DNA from: Candidatus Multivoradales bacterium | GTDB lineage: Bacteria; Acidobacteriota; Thermoanaerobaculia; Multivoradales; J023 | Direction of reading: 5' to 3' | Assembly (NCBI GenBank): GCA_965248925.1 | Contig: CBDFLE010000006.1 | Span: 4,608,001 to 4,672,000, forward strand | Length of the DNA stretch: 64,000 nucleotides | In this document: one piece after another, positions 20,816 to 30,745 of the stretch | Position numbering within the stretch: position 1 is the first letter of the stretch | Layout of the letters: each line of letters opens with the position of its first letter | The notes under the pieces: model-generated | Database searches by the model: none | What the model was told of the DNA's origin: nothing | What the model saw: the letters and a program-made list of their open reading frames with translations, nothing else | Program-made: the position numbers and the translations under genes

Positions 20816-23800
20816 TGGGGTGTAGCCGGCAGTTCGCGGGTCAGCCAATGACGGCGGTAGAGCCGGTGGCGGGCGCTGTCGGGGAAAGGTGGATTGCCGG
20901 CGTAGCTGCCCATGCCGCGGAAAGGCAGCGGCTCTAGTTGCTGCGCCTGATAGGTGTTGCGGTCGGCGTCCTTATCCCAGCCGTGGCTTTCCAAAAATAC
21001 GCTGCGTTGCCAACCCGCGGCCGGCGGAGGGAGCTCCGAGGCATCGAATTCGAGCACCATCTCGTCGCCCGCCGCCATCACCACCGACAGATCGTCGGCC
21101 GCCATCAACAATTCGCGGACATCGCCGTAGCGGGTGTAGCGACCGGCAAAGGGTAGCCACGGCGACTGCTGAGTGACCGTCTGATAGTCGTAAACGTGAG
21201 GGCCGTTGGGAGCTGTTCGACGGGGTGAAGAGAAGCCGCGAAAGCGCAGTTCGGCAGCGGTTGGCAGTAGCTTGGCCCGCACTTGCGGCACCTGGTCGGC
21301 GGCTGCGGTTGTCCAGGCGATGCGGTCCCAGTGCAGCCATAGGGAGGTCACGATACGCAGTCGGTGGGCGCCAGCGGGCAGAGCTGGGGTGTCCACCACC
21401 ATGGTCTTTGTCTTGCCGGCGGGGAAGCCCATCTCGGCCACCAGGGTTTGCCAACCGCTGGCGGTTTCAACTTCCAGGCGCGGCGCCATCAAGGGCAGAT
21501 CGTCGCGCTGCGCTAGCGCCAGGTTGAGGGAGGCGTCGGCGGGGAAGATCCAGCCGTCGAGATGCAGCCGCAGCGGTAGGGCCGGGGCGGCGCCGAGATC
21601 GAAGGTGAAGTTCCAAGGCTTCGCCGCCACCCCTTGATAGGGGCTTCTCTGGTAGCCGTCGGCATAGACTTCGTCGCGACGTGCCACCCGGCTCGTGACC
21701 TCGTGGCCGCGGCCGTCCCAGGCGCTATGCACGGGCTGCAAGTGCCGACTGGCGAGCACTTTCTCGGGCAGCGCCTGGCCGGGGAGGATGCGCAGGTTGG
21801 AGGCCACTTCGACATCCCGCGGGTGGTCAACCACCCATAGCCGCAGATGGTCGAAGAAAGCGGCCTCCCACAGTTCCTCGGTGATGCGCAGGCGATAGCG
21901 GCTGGCAGCGTCCGCCCGCAGGCCATCGGCGCGCACCAACTCCGAGGGGTCGCTTCCTACCCAGACCCCCGGCGCCGCTGGCAGGCCGATCGGCGCGCCC
22001 CACAGCAGATCGGTGACGAAGGCGAAGCGCTCACCGTCCCAGGCGTAAAGGAAGGGACAGCTGCCCTTCAAGATCTGCTCTTCCACCAGCCGCTGTTTGC
22101 CGGCTAGCCGCAGACGATTCTGGGGCACGCCATTAGTCCACACCACTCGCAGCACTTCGGCCTTTTCGACATCGCCAAGGCCGAGGTGGGTGACCTCGGT
22201 CGTCGCTTCACGGAATTGGAAGGCCTCGCCGTGGCGCAATTCCACCACCGAGCCGGTACCGAAGACATTGTTCTTGCCGTTGCCTTCGGCCAGCCCGCGG
22301 AGGCGTAGGCTGAGCCAGCCATTGCGATTGCCGCCGCGATTCTCCAACCAGCTGAGGCCAGCGGCGCCCGAGATGGCTAGATCGAGGTCGCCATCCTGGT
22401 CGAGGTCGCTGGCTACCAGAGCACGGGCTCCGGCCGGTGCGCCACGCAGGGGGATGCTGGTGAACGATGGCGTCGGGGTGTCGCGTTGGCCCAGCACCAA
22501 CAGCTGATCGGCGCCAGCGGCTGCGAGGTCGAAGCGGCCGTCGTTGTCGGCGTCGAGGGCGATCAGGGTGCTGAACTCACCGCTCCGCGGCAGCCCCTCG
22601 AGTGGCCACGGAACGAAACTGCCGCCCTGGTTGTGCCAGGCCCGCAAGCCGTGGCCGGCGGCCACTAGATCGGGCAGGCCATCGTTGTCGAGATCGGCGC
22701 TGACCACCGCTTGGGCAGCCTGGCCGGGGGCCAAGTTGGCTCGCGCCGAGCGGTCACTAAACCGCCCTTGGCGCAGGTTGTCGAGCCAACTCAATCCCTG
22801 GCTGTGCGCTACCACCAGATCCAAGTCGCCATCGCGGTCGAGATCGCTGGCTAGTAGGTGGTTGGCGGCGGTGAGTCGCAGATCGGGGAGTGCGCGATCG
22901 CCCACCCGCTGTAGCGGACCGGCCAAGTTGTTGCGATAGAGGTCGATCGTCGAGCCATTGGCCACAGCCAGGTCGAGGTCGCCCTCGATATCGAAATCGA
23001 TCACCGCCGCACCACGAGCACCAGCGGCGGCCAGGCCGAGGCTGTCCTCGGCGGCGCCGAAGGTGCCATCGGCGCTGCCCAACCAGACGGCCGCCCGGTG
23101 GCGGCCAAAGCCACTCAGATCGAGATAGCCGTCATTGTCGAGATCGGCCATCAACAGGGTGTCGAGAGAGGCTGCCGGCAGCTGCTGGGCAATCTTCCAG
23201 CCGGCTCGGGCGAAGCGTACTTCGAGTTTGCCGGCGGCTAGGTGGGCGAGGTCGGGGCGCAGGTCGCCGTCGAAATCACCCGCCACCAAGCCGCGTCCAT
23301 CGGCCGCTTGCAGATCTAGCCGACTATTGGCGAATTCAATCTCAAGCGGTTGGCCGAAGCTCCGACGAGGCGGTTCGCCGATCAAACGCTCCAGCGGTAC
23401 GCCTTGGATCCCGGTGCGCAATTCGCGCAAGCTCTGGCGGTACATCGGGGTGACTTTGAGCACGTTTTCGAGCCGTTGCGCGGGGGTTGCCGCGGCGCTC
23501 AGATCTTCGCCTTCGAGGGCCTCGGTGACCAGGCCCAAGGCGCGCTCGGCGATCGGTTCAGCTTGCCACAGCAACTCGCCGAGACGGCCAAAAGCGTGGG
23601 TGGCCCGGCGCCGGTTGCCGTTGGCGATGGCCAGATGACCGACTTTCAGCATCACCACCACGTTCTCAGGTCGCAGCCGGGCGAGCCGATCGAGTGCTGC
23701 CGCGATGGCGCTGGCCGCGCGCTCGCCGTCCGTGGTGTTGGCGACGTCGTAGAGGGAGTACTGGATCTCAAGGTCCTGCGGGGCGCCGTCGGCCGCTCTC

Positions 23801-24156
23801 TGGAGCAGCAGCAAGGCACCGTCGAGGTCTCCCTTCCACTGCAAGATCTCGGCTTGGATGGCGAGCAGCCGGGGGCGCTCGGGAGCCTTGGCTAGAGCTT
23901 TGGCGATCGATGCCAGAGCCTTGTCGTATTTTTGTTGGCGCAACTCGGCGATCGCTAAGTTGGCCCAGCCCAGGGGCTCGTCCGGCAGCAGCTGGGTGAG
24001 CTGTCGGTAGAGCGGTTCGGCTTTTTCGGGATGCTCGTTTTCGAGTTCTGCGAAGGCCTGGTGTCGCAGTTCGAGCGCCGCGCGAGGGGGTGTCTCGGCG
24101 GCACTGCTGCCGGCCGGTGGCAGGATCAGGAGCATAATTGCTAGGAGGTTGCGCAT
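20812..24156 (-). CDS. TPR + FG-GAP repeat + ASPIC/UnbV (CRTAC1-like) protein
   Basis: Signal peptide, TPRs, repeated DLDNDG.LDL motifs, HLGLG...VVWTNG, KGSCPFLYAWDG. Confidence 0.88.
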   Translation of the reverse strand: MRNLLAIMLLILPPAGSSAAETPPRAALELRHQAFAELENEHPEKAEPLYRQLTQLLPDEPLGWANLAIAELRQQKYDKALASIAKALAKAPERPRLLAIQAEILQWKGDLDGALLLLQRAADGAPQDLEIQYSLYDVANTTDGERAASAIAAALDRLARLRPENVVVMLKVGHLAIANGNRRRATHAFGRLGELLWQAEPIAERALGLVTEALEGEDLSAAATPAQRLENVLKVTPMYRQSLRELRTGIQGVPLERLIGEPPRRSFGQPLEIEFANSRLDLQAADGRGLVAGDFDGDLRPDLAHLAAGKLEVRFARAGWKIAQQLPAASLDTLLMADLDNDGYLDLSGFGRHRAAVWLGSADGTFGAAEDSLGLAAAGARGAAVIDFDIEGDLDLAVANGSTIDLYRNNLAGPLQRVGDRALPDLRLTAANHLLASDLDRDGDLDLVVAHSQGLSWLDNLRQGRFSDRSARANLAPGQAAQAVVSADLDNDGLPDLVAAGHGLRAWHNQGGSFVPWPLEGLPRSGEFSTLIALDADNDGRFDLAAAGADQLLVLGQRDTPTPSFTSIPLRGAPAGARALVASDLDQDGDLDLAISGAAGLSWLENRGGNRNGWLSLRLRGLAEGNGKNNVFGTGSVVELRHGEAFQFREATTEVTHLGLGDVEKAEVLRVVWTNGVPQNRLRLAGKQRLVEEQILKGSCPFLYAWDGERFAFVTDLLWGAPIGLPAAPGVWVGSDPSELVRADGLRADAASRYRLRITEELWEAAFFDHLRLWVVDHPRDVEVASNLRILPGQALPEKVLASRHLQPVHSAWDGRGHEVTSRVARRDEVYADGYQRSPYQGVAAKPWNFTFDLGAAPALPLRLHLDGWIFPADASLNLALAQRDDLPLMAPRLEVETASGWQTLVAEMGFPAGKTKTMVVDTPALPAGAHRLRIVTSLWLHWDRIAWTTAAADQVPQVRAKLLPTAAELRFRGFSSPRRTAPNGPHVYDYQTVTQQSPWLPFAGRYTRYGDVRELLMAADDLSVVMAAGDEMVLEFDASELPPPAAGWQRSVFLESHGWDKDADRNTYQAQQLEPLPFRGMGSYAGNPPFPDSARHRLYRRHWLTRELPATPQ

Positions 24157-24205
24157 CAGTCTTTCCCGGTGGCTGGAGGAGTCATCCTGGTTTTAGTCCC
24201 CGGTC

Positions 24206-24469
24206 TCAGGTCAGCTTGGCGGTGCGGGTCAACAACAATGCCAGGATGGCGCAGAGAGTGGCGGCGATCAGCGCTCGATAGTCGAAACCGGCAAGGCCGC
24301 CGAAGCCCAGCAAGGTGGCCAGCAGGCCGCCGCCGAAGGCGCCCAAAAAGCCACTGCCGAGGGCCGCTAGCCAGCCCAGGGGAGGTTTGCCGGGCAGTAG
24401 CCAGCGGCCGCCGCCGCCGGTCCACAGGCCGATTAAGATCCATGACAACAGTCCCAGGGGTAGAGGCAT
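24206..24469 (-). CDS. GlsB/YeaQ/YmgE-type small membrane protein
   Basis: LLSWILIGL...LLPGK...GFLGAFGGG; three hydrophobic segments; GGAG RBS. Confidence 0.75.
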   Translation of the reverse strand: MPLPLGLLSWILIGLWTGGGGRWLLPGKPPLGWLAALGSGFLGAFGGGLLATLLGFGGLAGFDYRALIAATLCAILALLLTRTAKLT

Positions 24470-24582
24470 TTCGGTCTCCAGGAGTCTCGGTTGAGCGGCT
24501 TTCCGCGGGTCATTCTAACCGCCCGGCGGGTAGATCATAAGCGATGCCCCGAGGTTGCTCGCGGCTAGGTACAATCTGCTGT

Positions 24583-27210
24583 ATGAGCAAAGCGCCCTCC
24601 CGCCTATATCTGATCGATGGCTACTCGAACATCTTCCGCGCCTTCTACGCCATTCGCAATTTGTCAAACGCGGCCGGCGAGCCGACCAACGCCGTCTTTG
24701 GCTTCTTGCAAATTCTGCGCAAGCTGCTGCGCGATGAATCGCCGGCCTATCTCGGGATTGCTCTCGATGTCGGTCGGGCGACCATTCGCACCGAGAAATA
24801 TGCCGATTACAAAGCCAATCGAGCGCCGATGCCCGAGGATCTGCGAGTACAGATCCCGTGGATTCGCAAGCTCATCGAGGCCTACCGGATTCCGATCATC
24901 GAGCTACCGCGCTACGAGGCGGACGACGTGCTCGGCACGCTGGCCAAGAAGGCCAGCGCGGAGGGTTTCGAGGTGGTTCTGCTGTCAGCCGACAAGGATC
25001 TCATGCAGTTGGTGGGCGACGGTGTCTTCATGTACCACACCGGTCGCGACAAGCTCTACGATGCGGCGTTGGTGGAAGAGGATTTCGGCGTACCGCCCAA
25101 GCAGGTGATCGAGGTGCTGGCGTTGATGGGCGATAGCTCCGACAACGTACCGGGGGTGCCGGGTATCGGCAAGAAGGGCGCCGAGCAGCTGGTGCGGCAG
25201 TTCGGCACCGTCGAAGCGGTGCTCGATGGTGCCAGCGAGATCAAGCGCAAGAGTTACCGCGAGGGGCTGGAGCAGCATCGCGATTTGGCCTTGCTGTCGA
25301 AAGAACTGGTGACCATTCACACCGATTTGGAAGTTGAATTCGATCCCGTCGCACTGCGTTGCGAAGAGCCCGACGCCGAAGCCTTGCTGGAGATTTTCCG
25401 TGCTCTCGATTTTACCTTCTTGCGCGCCGAGTTAGAACGCGAGATCGGTGGTGGAGCGGCAGCCATCAAGGCGGCGACCGAAGCCGAATCTAGCGCAGCA
25501 TTCCTGGCCGCCACCGCCGAACTCGACGGGCGAATCTTCCTCGGGCTGGTGGGCGAAGACTCGCCGTTGGGCTTGGCGGTGCGCTGCGGAGAGCGGCTGC
25601 TGTGGGCCGACTTCCGCCACGACGACTTGCGCCAGGCGGTGCTCGAGCGCCTACGCCAGTGGACCGGCGACAGCGACCTCACATTGGTGGGTCATGATCT
25701 CAAGGAGGTCTTGCGACTCGGCGCGTTAGAGCCTGTTTGCCGGCTCTTTGACACCATGCTCGGGGCTTATTTGCTGCACCCCGCGGCCCGCAGTCAGTCC
25801 TTGGCGGCGGTCGCTCTAGAGCGCCTGGCCTACAGCGCGCTCAGTGCCCAAGAGGCCGGTTGGAGCAAAGAGGGACCCCCGCTGCCCGGGCATAAGCCTT
25901 TGTTGCGTTTTGCCGCCGAGCGCGTGGTGTTGGCCGAGCGCTTGGAGGAAGGCATGCGCGAAGGTCTTGCCGAAGAGGGTTTGGAGTCGGTCTACGAGAC
26001 CTTCGAGGAGCCTTTGCTGCCGGTCCTGCTGCGCATGGAGGAAGTCGGTGTGTTGCTCGATAAGGACTTCTTGGGGGCGATGTCTGAGGAACTCGGTGGC
26101 GAGATCGGCGGGCTCGAGGGGCAGATCTACGACCTTGCTGGCGAGCGCTTCAATATTGGCTCGCCGAAGCAGCTCGGCGAGGTGATGTTCGAGAAGCTGG
26201 GTTATCCGGTGATCGGCCGCACCCGCAAGACCAAGAGCTACTCCACCGGCGCGGACACCCTCGAAGAACTCTCCAAGCGCGGTTTCCCCCTACCCGAGCG
26301 CTTGCTGCGCTACCGCGAGCTGACCAAGCTGAAATCGACCTATGTCGACGCCCTGCCGGTCTTGGTAGCCGAGGATGGTCGCGTCCACACCCGCTTCAAC
26401 CAAGCGGTGGCGGCCACCGGCCGGCTGTCCTCGGCACACCCCAATCTGCAGAACATCCCGGTACGCACCGAATTAGGACAGCGCATTCGTAAGGCCTTCA
26501 GGGCGCAGTCGGGCTGGCGTCTGGTGGTGGCGGACTACAGCCAGATCGAGTTGCGGGTGTTGGCCCACATCGCTGGCGAGAAAGCCATGCAGCAGGCATT
26601 CAAAGAAGGGCGGGACATCCATTCCTCCACCGCTGCGGCGGTTTTCGGAGTGGCGGTCGATCTGGTCAACTCCGAGCAACGACGGGCGGCCAAGGTGATC
26701 AACTTCGGCATCATCTACGGCATGAGTGCCTTCGGTCTGGCGCGCAACCTGGGCATTTCGCGGCCCGATGCCCAGACCTTCATCGATGCCTACATGAAGC
26801 AGTACGCCGGGGTCGCCGCCTACACCGAAGAGACCTTGACCATGGCCCTCGACAGCGGCAAGGTCGAGACCCTCTACGGTCGCATCCGCCGGTTGCCCGA
26901 CATCCAGTCAAAGAATCGCGGCTTGCGCGAAAACGCTCAGCGGATGGCGATCAATGCCCGCATCCAGGGTACCGCCGCCGATCTGCTCAAGCTGGCGATG
27001 ATCCACGTCGATCGCCGTCTGGCGCGTGAAAGTCTCGAGTCGCGCCTGCTGCTCACCGTCCACGACGAGTTGGTGCTCGAAGTCCCCGAAGCAGAAGTCG
27101 ACACGGTCACCAATCTGGTGCGCGAAGAGATGGAAGGGGTTGCCGAACTCAGCGTGCCGCTGGTGGTAGAGACCGGAGTGGGGCAAACCTGGTACGACGC
27201 CAAAGGGTGA
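24583..27210 (+). CDS. polA: DNA polymerase I
   Basis: LYLIDG...FRAFYA 5'-3' exonuclease, YEADD, TGRLSS..PNLQNIP, ADYSQIELR, AKVINFGIIYG and VHDEL motifs. Confidence 0.97.
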   Translation: MSKAPSRLYLIDGYSNIFRAFYAIRNLSNAAGEPTNAVFGFLQILRKLLRDESPAYLGIALDVGRATIRTEKYADYKANRAPMPEDLRVQIPWIRKLIEAYRIPIIELPRYEADDVLGTLAKKASAEGFEVVLLSADKDLMQLVGDGVFMYHTGRDKLYDAALVEEDFGVPPKQVIEVLALMGDSSDNVPGVPGIGKKGAEQLVRQFGTVEAVLDGASEIKRKSYREGLEQHRDLALLSKELVTIHTDLEVEFDPVALRCEEPDAEALLEIFRALDFTFLRAELEREIGGGAAAIKAATEAESSAAFLAATAELDGRIFLGLVGEDSPLGLAVRCGERLLWADFRHDDLRQAVLERLRQWTGDSDLTLVGHDLKEVLRLGALEPVCRLFDTMLGAYLLHPAARSQSLAAVALERLAYSALSAQEAGWSKEGPPLPGHKPLLRFAAERVVLAERLEEGMREGLAEEGLESVYETFEEPLLPVLLRMEEVGVLLDKDFLGAMSEELGGEIGGLEGQIYDLAGERFNIGSPKQLGEVMFEKLGYPVIGRTRKTKSYSTGADTLEELSKRGFPLPERLLRYRELTKLKSTYVDALPVLVAEDGRVHTRFNQAVAATGRLSSAHPNLQNIPVRTELGQRIRKAFRAQSGWRLVVADYSQIELRVLAHIAGEKAMQQAFKEGRDIHSSTAAAVFGVAVDLVNSEQRRAAKVINFGIIYGMSAFGLARNLGISRPDAQTFIDAYMKQYAGVAAYTEETLTMALDSGKVETLYGRIRRLPDIQSKNRGLRENAQRMAINARIQGTAADLLKLAMIHVDRRLARESLESRLLLTVHDELVLEVPEAEVDTVTNLVREEMEGVAELSVPLVVETGVGQTWYDAKG

Positions 27211-27248
27211 GGAGATCTTGGCACTTGCTTTGGTGTACCGTAGATTTC

Positions 27249-27533
27249 ATGAGAATCGTAAGCATCAAACAGCTCGAAGCCCGTCTATCTGAGTACGTCA
27301 GAGTGGCTCGGGCTGGCGAAACCGTGTTGGTGAGTGATCGCGATGACTTTGTGGCAGAACTCGGCCCGATGCGGAGGCAGACACAGGTGCCAGGAAAGGT
27401 AGAGGCGGTTCTCGAACAGCTGGCCGTTCGCGGGATAGTGTCTCGCGCCTGCGAGATGAAAAAGAACTGGAGCTGGAAGCCCATCCCGCTGGGCCTCTCG
27501 GAGCAAGCGTTGAGCAAGATTCTAGGGCACTGA
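27249..27533 (+). CDS. Phd/YefM family antitoxin, orphaned and possibly C-terminally altered
   Basis: MRIVSIKQLEARLSEYVRVARAGETVLVSDRDDFVAELGP; no toxin directly downstream. Confidence 0.8.
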   Translation: MRIVSIKQLEARLSEYVRVARAGETVLVSDRDDFVAELGPMRRQTQVPGKVEAVLEQLAVRGIVSRACEMKKNWSWKPIPLGLSEQALSKILGH

Positions 27534-27587
27534 CCGGCGCCTAGCCGAAGCCGCAGAACTCTCCAACATCTAAGCATTGAGGCGACT

Positions 27588-30118
27588 CCAGAACTCCTGA
27601 CATACCCTTTTTCTCAAATGTCCGGTTGAGCCTCTCCGGAGGTGTTCCGAGGCCCTGGGAAGGCCAGGCTCCGGGGTGGCGCCTTCTTGATCGCGAACCG
27701 CATCCGTAGCTCGGTGCCGGGGAAGTGGGTGGCGGTAGCGTTGAGTTCTTCGCAGACGGCGGCGATCGCCGCCGTCTTGTGGGGAGAGCTGAGCGGGTCG
27801 ATGGAAAGGAGCAGCACGGTGTCGGTAACCTCCATATCGCCGCCGGCCGCGAAAGCGCTTTGGATCAGGGTGCGTCCCTCCTGCTCGGTGCGGCGGTAGT
27901 GGGGTGATAGGAGCCGGAGAAGATCACCTTCGGCCTGGTAGGCGACCATCTTGAGAATATCGGTGAGGTGCTTGCGCTCGACGGACAGCTTGATGACATC
28001 CGCTTCGACGACCTCTTGGACGGGGACGCGGACGGGGAGGGTCGCGCGCTGGTTCTCGAGTTCGGTGATCTGCTCTATCGCTGCCCGGACCCTGGCGGAG
28101 ATGGCGGCGTTGGCGATCTTGAATCCGCGCATCGTGCGCCGCCGATCCTCGCGGTTTTCAAGAGCAGCGATCCCGATGTGGGCCCGGAGCTGCTCGAGAT
28201 GTGCGTGAGCTTTGCGCAGCTCTGCATTGATCTTGCCGCGCTCGGGATTCGGCACATCGCGGGCGGCGTCCGCTGGCTCGGTGCCATAGTCCACCAGGGC
28301 ATCGAGTGCGAATTCTTCGCGCAGGTATTTGAAGAAGTTCTCTTGCCTCCAACGATCGAACATGCGGTAGGCGACCTCGAGTGTGGAGAGGTCGCGGCGG
28401 GAGGTGATGATGGACGTCTGGTGGCCGTTGTCGCAGAGGCGGGTGACCTGGCGCAGGTACAGCCGCTTGCGCTTCTTCCTCGGGCCATACTCGAGGTAGA
28501 TACGCTGATCGGCGAGGAGGTACTCGAGCTTCCGCCCGTGGATCGTGTCCTTGATCTGCCCGAACTTGCTCAACGGCACCGGACGAAAGGGGGCCTTTCG
28601 GTATGTGAGGATGTCGAACTTCTTGGCGATGAGCTTCGCAAACAGCTTCGGGCTCCAACCCCCACGGTCGAAGACGACGGTGACTCGCCGGTCTCCGAGT
28701 AGCTTTCGTACCTCTTCGAGAATGAGGGGAAGCATCGTCGCAAGCCCCTTGTTGGCCTCGGTGGGGACCACGAAGAGAGGCTCGCTCTCAGCATCGTTGA
28801 CCCAGTAGTCGGTGGTGGCCGGCATCGCGATCCGCATCCGCGCTACGTGTGTCTTGGGAATCTCTCGGCCACCGTGGTAGGCGCGCACATGCCCGTCCAC
28901 GTAGAGGAAGCCCATGGCATGGCCCCTGGTGGCGACCCGGCGCTGAGCGAGGGCGCGACCGAGATCCGCGGCCAGGCCATGCGCGGCCAGCCGAGCGAGC
29001 TTGTTGCGCAAGGTTTTCACTTCCGGCGCTCGGTCGAGCCCGAGAAGCTGACCCAAATGCCGGGGTGAGCGCTCCTTGAGCCCTTCGGGTCGCTTGACCC
29101 GCAACAGTGCCATCAGCAGCAGGGTTACCAGAGTGGTGCGCAGCCCATAGAAGGCCGGCCCGATGCTGCCGTACAGCTCCTGCGCGATGGAGAGCACGCC
29201 GCTGTCCACCAGGGCGGGAATCGCCAGCAGAGCACCGGCGCCCGGTAGCTGGGTCGCCGCTCCGAAGATCGGCGCCGCATCATCGAGGAATCCCAGCCTC
29301 GCCAGCAGCCGATCGCTGGCGCGATCCGCTGGATCGAGGTCCAGCGAGAGGGGAACCTGATCTTGCTCGGACGCAGAAGCGGACAGTTTTGGGTCCGCAG
29401 CCGCTGGGTCACCGCCACCCTCAGCGTCGAGCGCAAGATCCGCAGTTTTCAGGGGGCCGTCGACCTGCTGCTCATCAGAGGCGGACAGTTTTGGGTCCGC
29501 ACTCTCGAAGGGCATCGTCATCTGCACTACCGACCGCTCTTTCCAGCCCAGGCGCTTGGCGAGCTTGCGAACGGCCTTCTCATCGATGCCCAGCCGCCGG
29601 CCAATCTCGCGATTCGACACACCCTCGGCCTTCCAGCCGTTGACCGCGTCCAGGCGGCCCTGCGCTACCCGAGACTGACCCCGGGGAAAACCGCGCGGCC
29701 GGCCCAGAGCAGCCAGCCCACCTTCTTCGAAGCGGCGCTGATTCCGGCGCACAGTCCGCACATCACAAGCGAACGCAAGGGCCACCTCGCGTTGCTGTGC
29801 CCAGCCCAATTCAACGAGACTCACCATCGCGTGGGCCTCGCCTGTCCTGTCGCCGGCAGCGAAGTGAGCGAGCGGCATGCCGCTGACCACCACCACCCGA
29901 TAGCCGCCCCTCTGCTGGAGGCGGCAGCGGTCGTTGATCACCACAACCCCATCGGGGACCCCGGCGTGGTCTGGGAACAGGACGGTGTGCTCGCTCGTCA
30001 GTGCCATGCTCGATCATGCCTCGGCACCGAAAAAAGCGGACAGTTTTGGGTCCGCACCACCTCTGAGGGGCGGTCCTGTGTTTTCAGAGGGTTAGGAGGG
30101 GTAGGTCAGGAGGTCTGG
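27588..30118 (-). mobile_element. 2531-bp insertion sequence, copy 1
   Basis: 20-bp imperfect terminal IRs CCAGA(A/C)CTCCTGAC(A/C)TACCC; 3-bp TSD ACT at 27585-27587 and 30119-30121; near-identical to 41074-43604. Confidence 0.92.
27614..30007 (-). CDS. Large DDE transposase (797 aa) with two N-terminal HTH regions
   Basis: YVDGH, VFDRGG and RWRQENFFKY motifs; lies within the IRs. Confidence 0.88.
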   Translation of the reverse strand: MALTSEHTVLFPDHAGVPDGVVVINDRCRLQQRGGYRVVVVSGMPLAHFAAGDRTGEAHAMVSLVELGWAQQREVALAFACDVRTVRRNQRRFEEGGLAALGRPRGFPRGQSRVAQGRLDAVNGWKAEGVSNREIGRRLGIDEKAVRKLAKRLGWKERSVVQMTMPFESADPKLSASDEQQVDGPLKTADLALDAEGGGDPAAADPKLSASASEQDQVPLSLDLDPADRASDRLLARLGFLDDAAPIFGAATQLPGAGALLAIPALVDSGVLSIAQELYGSIGPAFYGLRTTLVTLLLMALLRVKRPEGLKERSPRHLGQLLGLDRAPEVKTLRNKLARLAAHGLAADLGRALAQRRVATRGHAMGFLYVDGHVRAYHGGREIPKTHVARMRIAMPATTDYWVNDAESEPLFVVPTEANKGLATMLPLILEEVRKLLGDRRVTVVFDRGGWSPKLFAKLIAKKFDILTYRKAPFRPVPLSKFGQIKDTIHGRKLEYLLADQRIYLEYGPRKKRKRLYLRQVTRLCDNGHQTSIITSRRDLSTLEVAYRMFDRWRQENFFKYLREEFALDALVDYGTEPADAARDVPNPERGKINAELRKAHAHLEQLRAHIGIAALENREDRRRTMRGFKIANAAISARVRAAIEQITELENQRATLPVRVPVQEVVEADVIKLSVERKHLTDILKMVAYQAEGDLLRLLSPHYRRTEQEGRTLIQSAFAAGGDMEVTDTVLLLSIDPLSSPHKTAAIAAVCEELNATATHFPGTELRMRFAIKKAPPRSLAFPGPRNTSGEAQPDI

Positions 30119-30501
30119 ACTCTGACCTGCTCCAGACTACGGAGCCGAGAGGATTCCTGTACTAGTTCAGCGGAAATGCGACTCTTGGGTTCATCGAGTT
30201 ACGCACTCATTCGAGGCAAAGCAAGGGCAGAATGGGACAAGGCATCAGGTAGGCGAAGAGTTTGTCGCCGCAGTTGGCACAAGTCTCTACCCGCCAGTTG
30301 CATAGAAAACTCGCTCAATCTGGTGTAAACGACTGAAGGCCAGCTGCTTACCGCAGAAACCGCCCTGTCGGTCAACTTCACCGCCAGTGAGGTTATCCAA
30401 CACCTTGTTGGAACCTCTAGTAAACGTAAAACGGCAGCCTTCATAGGGTATAATTTGTGAAACAACAAAAACACACAAATTACCCACAGCGGGCCGCCGA
30501 C

Positions 30502-30745
30502 ATGAAGCTTACCAGAAAACAGGTCCAGTGCCGAATCAGAACTCTTCCCCAGCTTCAGTTCGCTGATCAGAAGCTCACCTTGTTCTCGGGACTCATGCTA
30601 TTTCAGAGCTTGTTTCAAGAGCTTGACCTCCGGGATCGACTCCGCACTTGTTTTCGCCATGTCGCAGCGAAACCCACCTACGATCGAGCCCTTTTGGTTC
30701 TCAGCCTGATCGTTCATATCTTGATGGGATACAGGAAGTTGCAGA
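30502..30745 (+). pseudogene. Truncated IS1380-like transposase N-terminus
   Basis: LQFADQKLTLFSGLMLFQSLFQELDL...LIVHILMGYRKL; runs into the antisense of the immunity gene near 30745. Confidence 0.6.

Noticed and set aside
1-27210. Impression of frequent CTAG tetramers in a GC-rich genome
   Set aside because: Cannot be quantified by eye; needs an observed/expected tetranucleotide count before any claim
30119-30500. Cys-rich minus-strand fragment (CNWRVETCANCG...) and an IS1380-IR-like word at ~30307-30323
   Set aside because: Too short and fragmentary to assign; probably debris from earlier insertions
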